Source: a bacterium
Lineage (GTDB): Bacteria; UBA8248; JACPRG01; G963555815
Assembly: GCA_965218795.1 (NCBI GenBank)
Contig: OZ244653.1
Span: forward strand, 4,544,001-4,608,000
DNA length: 64,000 nucleotides
Direction: 5' to 3'
Positions 61,339-64,000 of this stretch are shown in pieces. Made by a program: the position numbers and the translations under genes. The notes beneath the pieces were generated by a model, which made no database searches, had not been told where the DNA came from, and was given only the letters and a program-made list of their open reading frames with translations. Position 1 is the stretch's first letter, and each line of letters opens with the position of its first letter.

Positions 61339-62124
61339 CTACGCCTTGAGGAACTCCGCGACTCGGGCGGCGAACTCTTCGGGCATCTCCTGGTGGACCG
61401 AGTGGCCGCAGTTCTCGATAGAAACCAGCTCGGCATCTGCAATGCCGGAGGCGTAAGCCTCCCCGTGCGCCGGTGGAATCAGCCGGTCATCCGCCCCCCA
61501 CAGAATTCGGGTCGGGCAGGTGATCCGATAGAGCCGGCGGCGCAGCGCGGGATTGCAAAGAAGAGGATTCCACCCCAGGTGGGCCAGTGTGTACCGTCCC
61601 CGGTACAGCTCCTGCTCGATCTCCTGGGTCGGCTCGAAGGCGGCCATGGCGGCCGCCTTCTCGGGATTCGCGAACAGATAACCGGGCATCTCATCCGGCG
61701 CGAGGGCGAACAAATCGGTGATGGGAGACCCCTCCACCTGAAGCCCCGGTGCGGCCGAGAGAACGAGTTTTTCAATCCGTTCCGAGTGGGATACGGCAAA
61801 CTCCGCCGCCAGCCACCCGCCGAAGGACACGCCGACCAGGTTGACCTTATCCAAATGGAGATGGTCGAGTAGGTCAAGGTAATGAAAGACCATGTCGTCC
61901 ATACCGTCCAGCCAATCCGGCCGGTCGGACTGACCGAAACCCGGATGGTCGGGCGCCAGGACGTCGAACTCGGCCGCCAGATGCTCCAAGGCCTGGAGCC
62001 AGATGCCGGTCCGGCCCGCCCCGTGAAGAAAGAGCAGGGGAGGTCCTTCGCCCCCTCGGAGAAGACGGGTTTTGACGTCGCGAACCTGTATGAATTCTGT
62101 GGCGTAATCCGTTGCTTGACTCAT
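61339..62124 (-). CDS. Alpha/beta hydrolase
   Basis: LHG, PGFG, GVSFGG, DD, GH. Confidence 0.9.
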   Translation of the reverse strand: MSQATDYATEFIQVRDVKTRLLRGGEGPPLLFLHGAGRTGIWLQALEHLAAEFDVLAPDHPGFGQSDRPDWLDGMDDMVFHYLDLLDHLHLDKVNLVGVSFGGWLAAEFAVSHSERIEKLVLSAAPGLQVEGSPITDLFALAPDEMPGYLFANPEKAAAMAAFEPTQEIEQELYRGRYTLAHLGWNPLLCNPALRRRLYRITCPTRILWGADDRLIPPAHGEAYASGIADAELVSIENCGHSVHQEMPEEFAARVAEFLKA

Positions 62125-62224
62125 CTCATGCTCCTGCAATGACGAAGAAGTTGTTGAAAGACCTCATGTTCACTGGATTCGCAGCGCCCATGAGGACCCG
62201 GGGGACGCGAACCCCGGGGCCATT

Positions 62225-63103
62225 TCAGGCGCCCAGCGTGATGGTCCAAATCCCCAACACAACGACACAGGTTGCGCCAACCAGCCGCAGCGTGATGCGT
62301 TCGCTCTTTCTCAATAAGAGCCAGGATAGAATCAGTGCAAACAGGGGCGTCGTGTTGATCAAGAATGCGATACGCGAGAGATTGCCCCGTAACAGCGAAT
62401 CAAAAATCAGAAATCGCCCGGCGAGGGCGATACACGCCGCTATTCCAAATAGAATCACGCCTTTCGGGTTCAGGCTGATGCGCTGCCCTCTTGGGAAGAT
62501 CGGCGCCATGAATGCGAGCCCAATGAGTCCTCCCAAAGCGGCGACCACGACTCCATAGGCCAAATCAGGAACGTGGATGAGGCCCAGCTTTCTAAGCGCC
62601 GGTGCCAAGCCGAAGGCAATTCCCGCCAACAGGGGGAACAGGTACTTTCGGATCTCCACCCGGCCTTCCAATTTCTCAACCGATATGGCGACGACACCGC
62701 CGACAATCAACAAGCCCCCAACCCAAAGCGTCCATCCGGGTCGTTCGCCCATGAAGGCGATCCCGAGGATCACACTGAAGAAGGGCGACGCGGATGAGAT
62801 TGCGGAGGTTCGTGAGACTCCGATCCGGCGGGTTCCCAAGAACAAAAAGGTGATTGCCAGACCCGGGTGAACCAAACCGGAGAGAAAGAACCAGAGAGAA
62901 CCCTCCCAAGAGATCGCTTCCATCGGAAACCGGCTGGCGAGCCACGGCCCCACCAGCACGACCGGGACGAGGGCGAAGAGGAGCGACCCCGTGAGTGGGG
63001 GGGACTCCCTTAATGCTCCCCTGGAGACGATGTGAGCCAGACTCAGGATGAACGCCGCCAGAAGCGCCGTCATCTCGGGATGCATATGGCTCAATAGGTC
63101 CAA
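62225..63103 (-). CDS. DMT/EamA transporter
   Basis: About 10 hydrophobic segments, SPFF..GE, TPLF. Confidence 0.85.
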   Translation of the reverse strand: MDLLSHMHPEMTALLAAFILSLAHIVSRGALRESPPLTGSLLFALVPVVLVGPWLASRFPMEAISWEGSLWFFLSGLVHPGLAITFLFLGTRRIGVSRTSAISSASPFFSVILGIAFMGERPGWTLWVGGLLIVGGVVAISVEKLEGRVEIRKYLFPLLAGIAFGLAPALRKLGLIHVPDLAYGVVVAALGGLIGLAFMAPIFPRGQRISLNPKGVILFGIAACIALAGRFLIFDSLLRGNLSRIAFLINTTPLFALILSWLLLRKSERITLRLVGATCVVVLGIWTITLGA

Positions 63104-63154
63104 TCGAAACTCGGGTTCCCCCCGCCCTCCGCGCTTCCGTCCAAGGGACCGCCG

Positions 63155-64000
63155 CTACCGTGCCGCACCGACCGGTGCCTGCACCTGAAAGTGAGGCATG
63201 ACCTCGGCCGCGAACAATTCGAGGTTCTTCATCGTCAAATCATGCGGGAGGCTCCCAAAGTGCAGGAGGGTCACCAGGAGTCCGAATCCAGCCCCTTTGT
63301 AGTATTCCGCCAGCCGTTCACGGACCGTATCCGTGCTGCCCACGATAATGACCCCCTTCTCGTCCAGCTCCCGGGGTTTTCGGTCCCCGGCCATCTTGTC
63401 CGCTTTGGCAGCGAGGATCCGGGCCATGGATTTCTCCGTCAGATACCCCGGGGGGAAGAACTGGGGTCCCGGCCGCCGGAGGAGCTTGTTGAACAGGAAG
63501 GACAGATGCTTTTCCGCCTCCGCCCAGGCCTGCTCGTCGGTCTCCGCAACGTAGATGGGGACGGCCCAACCCAACTGCTCGGGCGGAGCCTGATACCCGA
63601 ATTTTTCCGCTTCCTCTTTGTACAGGTCGAGGATCTTCTTCATGCTCTCGAACGGGCTGAAGACCTGCATGTAGGGATATCGCCGCTCCGCCGCGAACTC
63701 GATCGTCTCCTGGCTGCCTTGCGAGGGCATCCAAATCGGTGGATGCGGCTTTTGATAGGGGCGCGGCCAGGGATTGACGTACCGGAAGTTGTAATGCTTC
63801 CCTTCAAACGAGAACGGCCCGGGCTCCGTCCAGGCGCGTACGATCAATTCGTAGGCTTCCAGGAAGCGGTCCCGTGATGTCGTGGGATCCATACTGAAGG
63901 CGGTGTATTCGTCCCCCACGCCCCGCACAAACCCGGAGATGATCCGGCCTTTGGTCATCACGTCAAGCATGGCCACCTCCTCGGCCACGCGGAGAGGATG
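63155..64000 (-). CDS. LLM-class flavin-dependent monooxygenase (5' end outside window)
   Basis: PLRVAEEVAMLD, RGVGDE, WPRPYQKPHPPIW. Confidence 0.9.
   Translation of the reverse strand, partial: HPLRVAEEVAMLDVMTKGRIISGFVRGVGDEYTAFSMDPTTSRDRFLEAYELIVRAWTEPGPFSFEGKHYNFRYVNPWPRPYQKPHPPIWMPSQGSQETIEFAAERRYPYMQVFSPFESMKKILDLYKEEAEKFGYQAPPEQLGWAVPIYVAETDEQAWAEAEKHLSFLFNKLLRRPGPQFFPPGYLTEKSMARILAAKADKMAGDRKPRELDEKGVIIVGSTDTVRERLAEYYKGAGFGLLVTLLHFGSLPHDLTMKNLELFAAEVMPHFQVQAPVGAAR

Overview
High-GC bacterial chromosomal window. It is a patchwork of nitrogen-compound uptake and catabolism modules: two complete BMP-type ABC systems plus an orphan BMP protein, hydantoinase A, two PuuE-like deacetylases, a ureohydrolase, duplicated nitrilase/solute-binding pairs, TAXI-TRAP, adenine deaminase, tungstate TupABC and M20/SDR/LLM enzymes. 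The modules are separated by REP-like palindromes, four RAYT-like transposase remnants and IS elements (two matching IS630, one IS5, two IS481 stubs). Most notable: (1) an autotransporter with 38 tandem heptamers between its probable start codon and signal peptide, apparently phase-OFF by one unit, plus a relic paralogous leader with 2 units; (2) the comM 3' end present three times with no integrase in view, including a 1080-bp direct repeat enclosing about 35 kb; (3) a mosaic 2.77-kb tandem duplication; (4) a three-domain Rid protein lacking the RidA Arg motif; (5) a Rieske/amidohydrolase-fold pair. No rRNA, tRNA or CRISPR array was recognised. All calls come from reading motifs by eye, without database searches.
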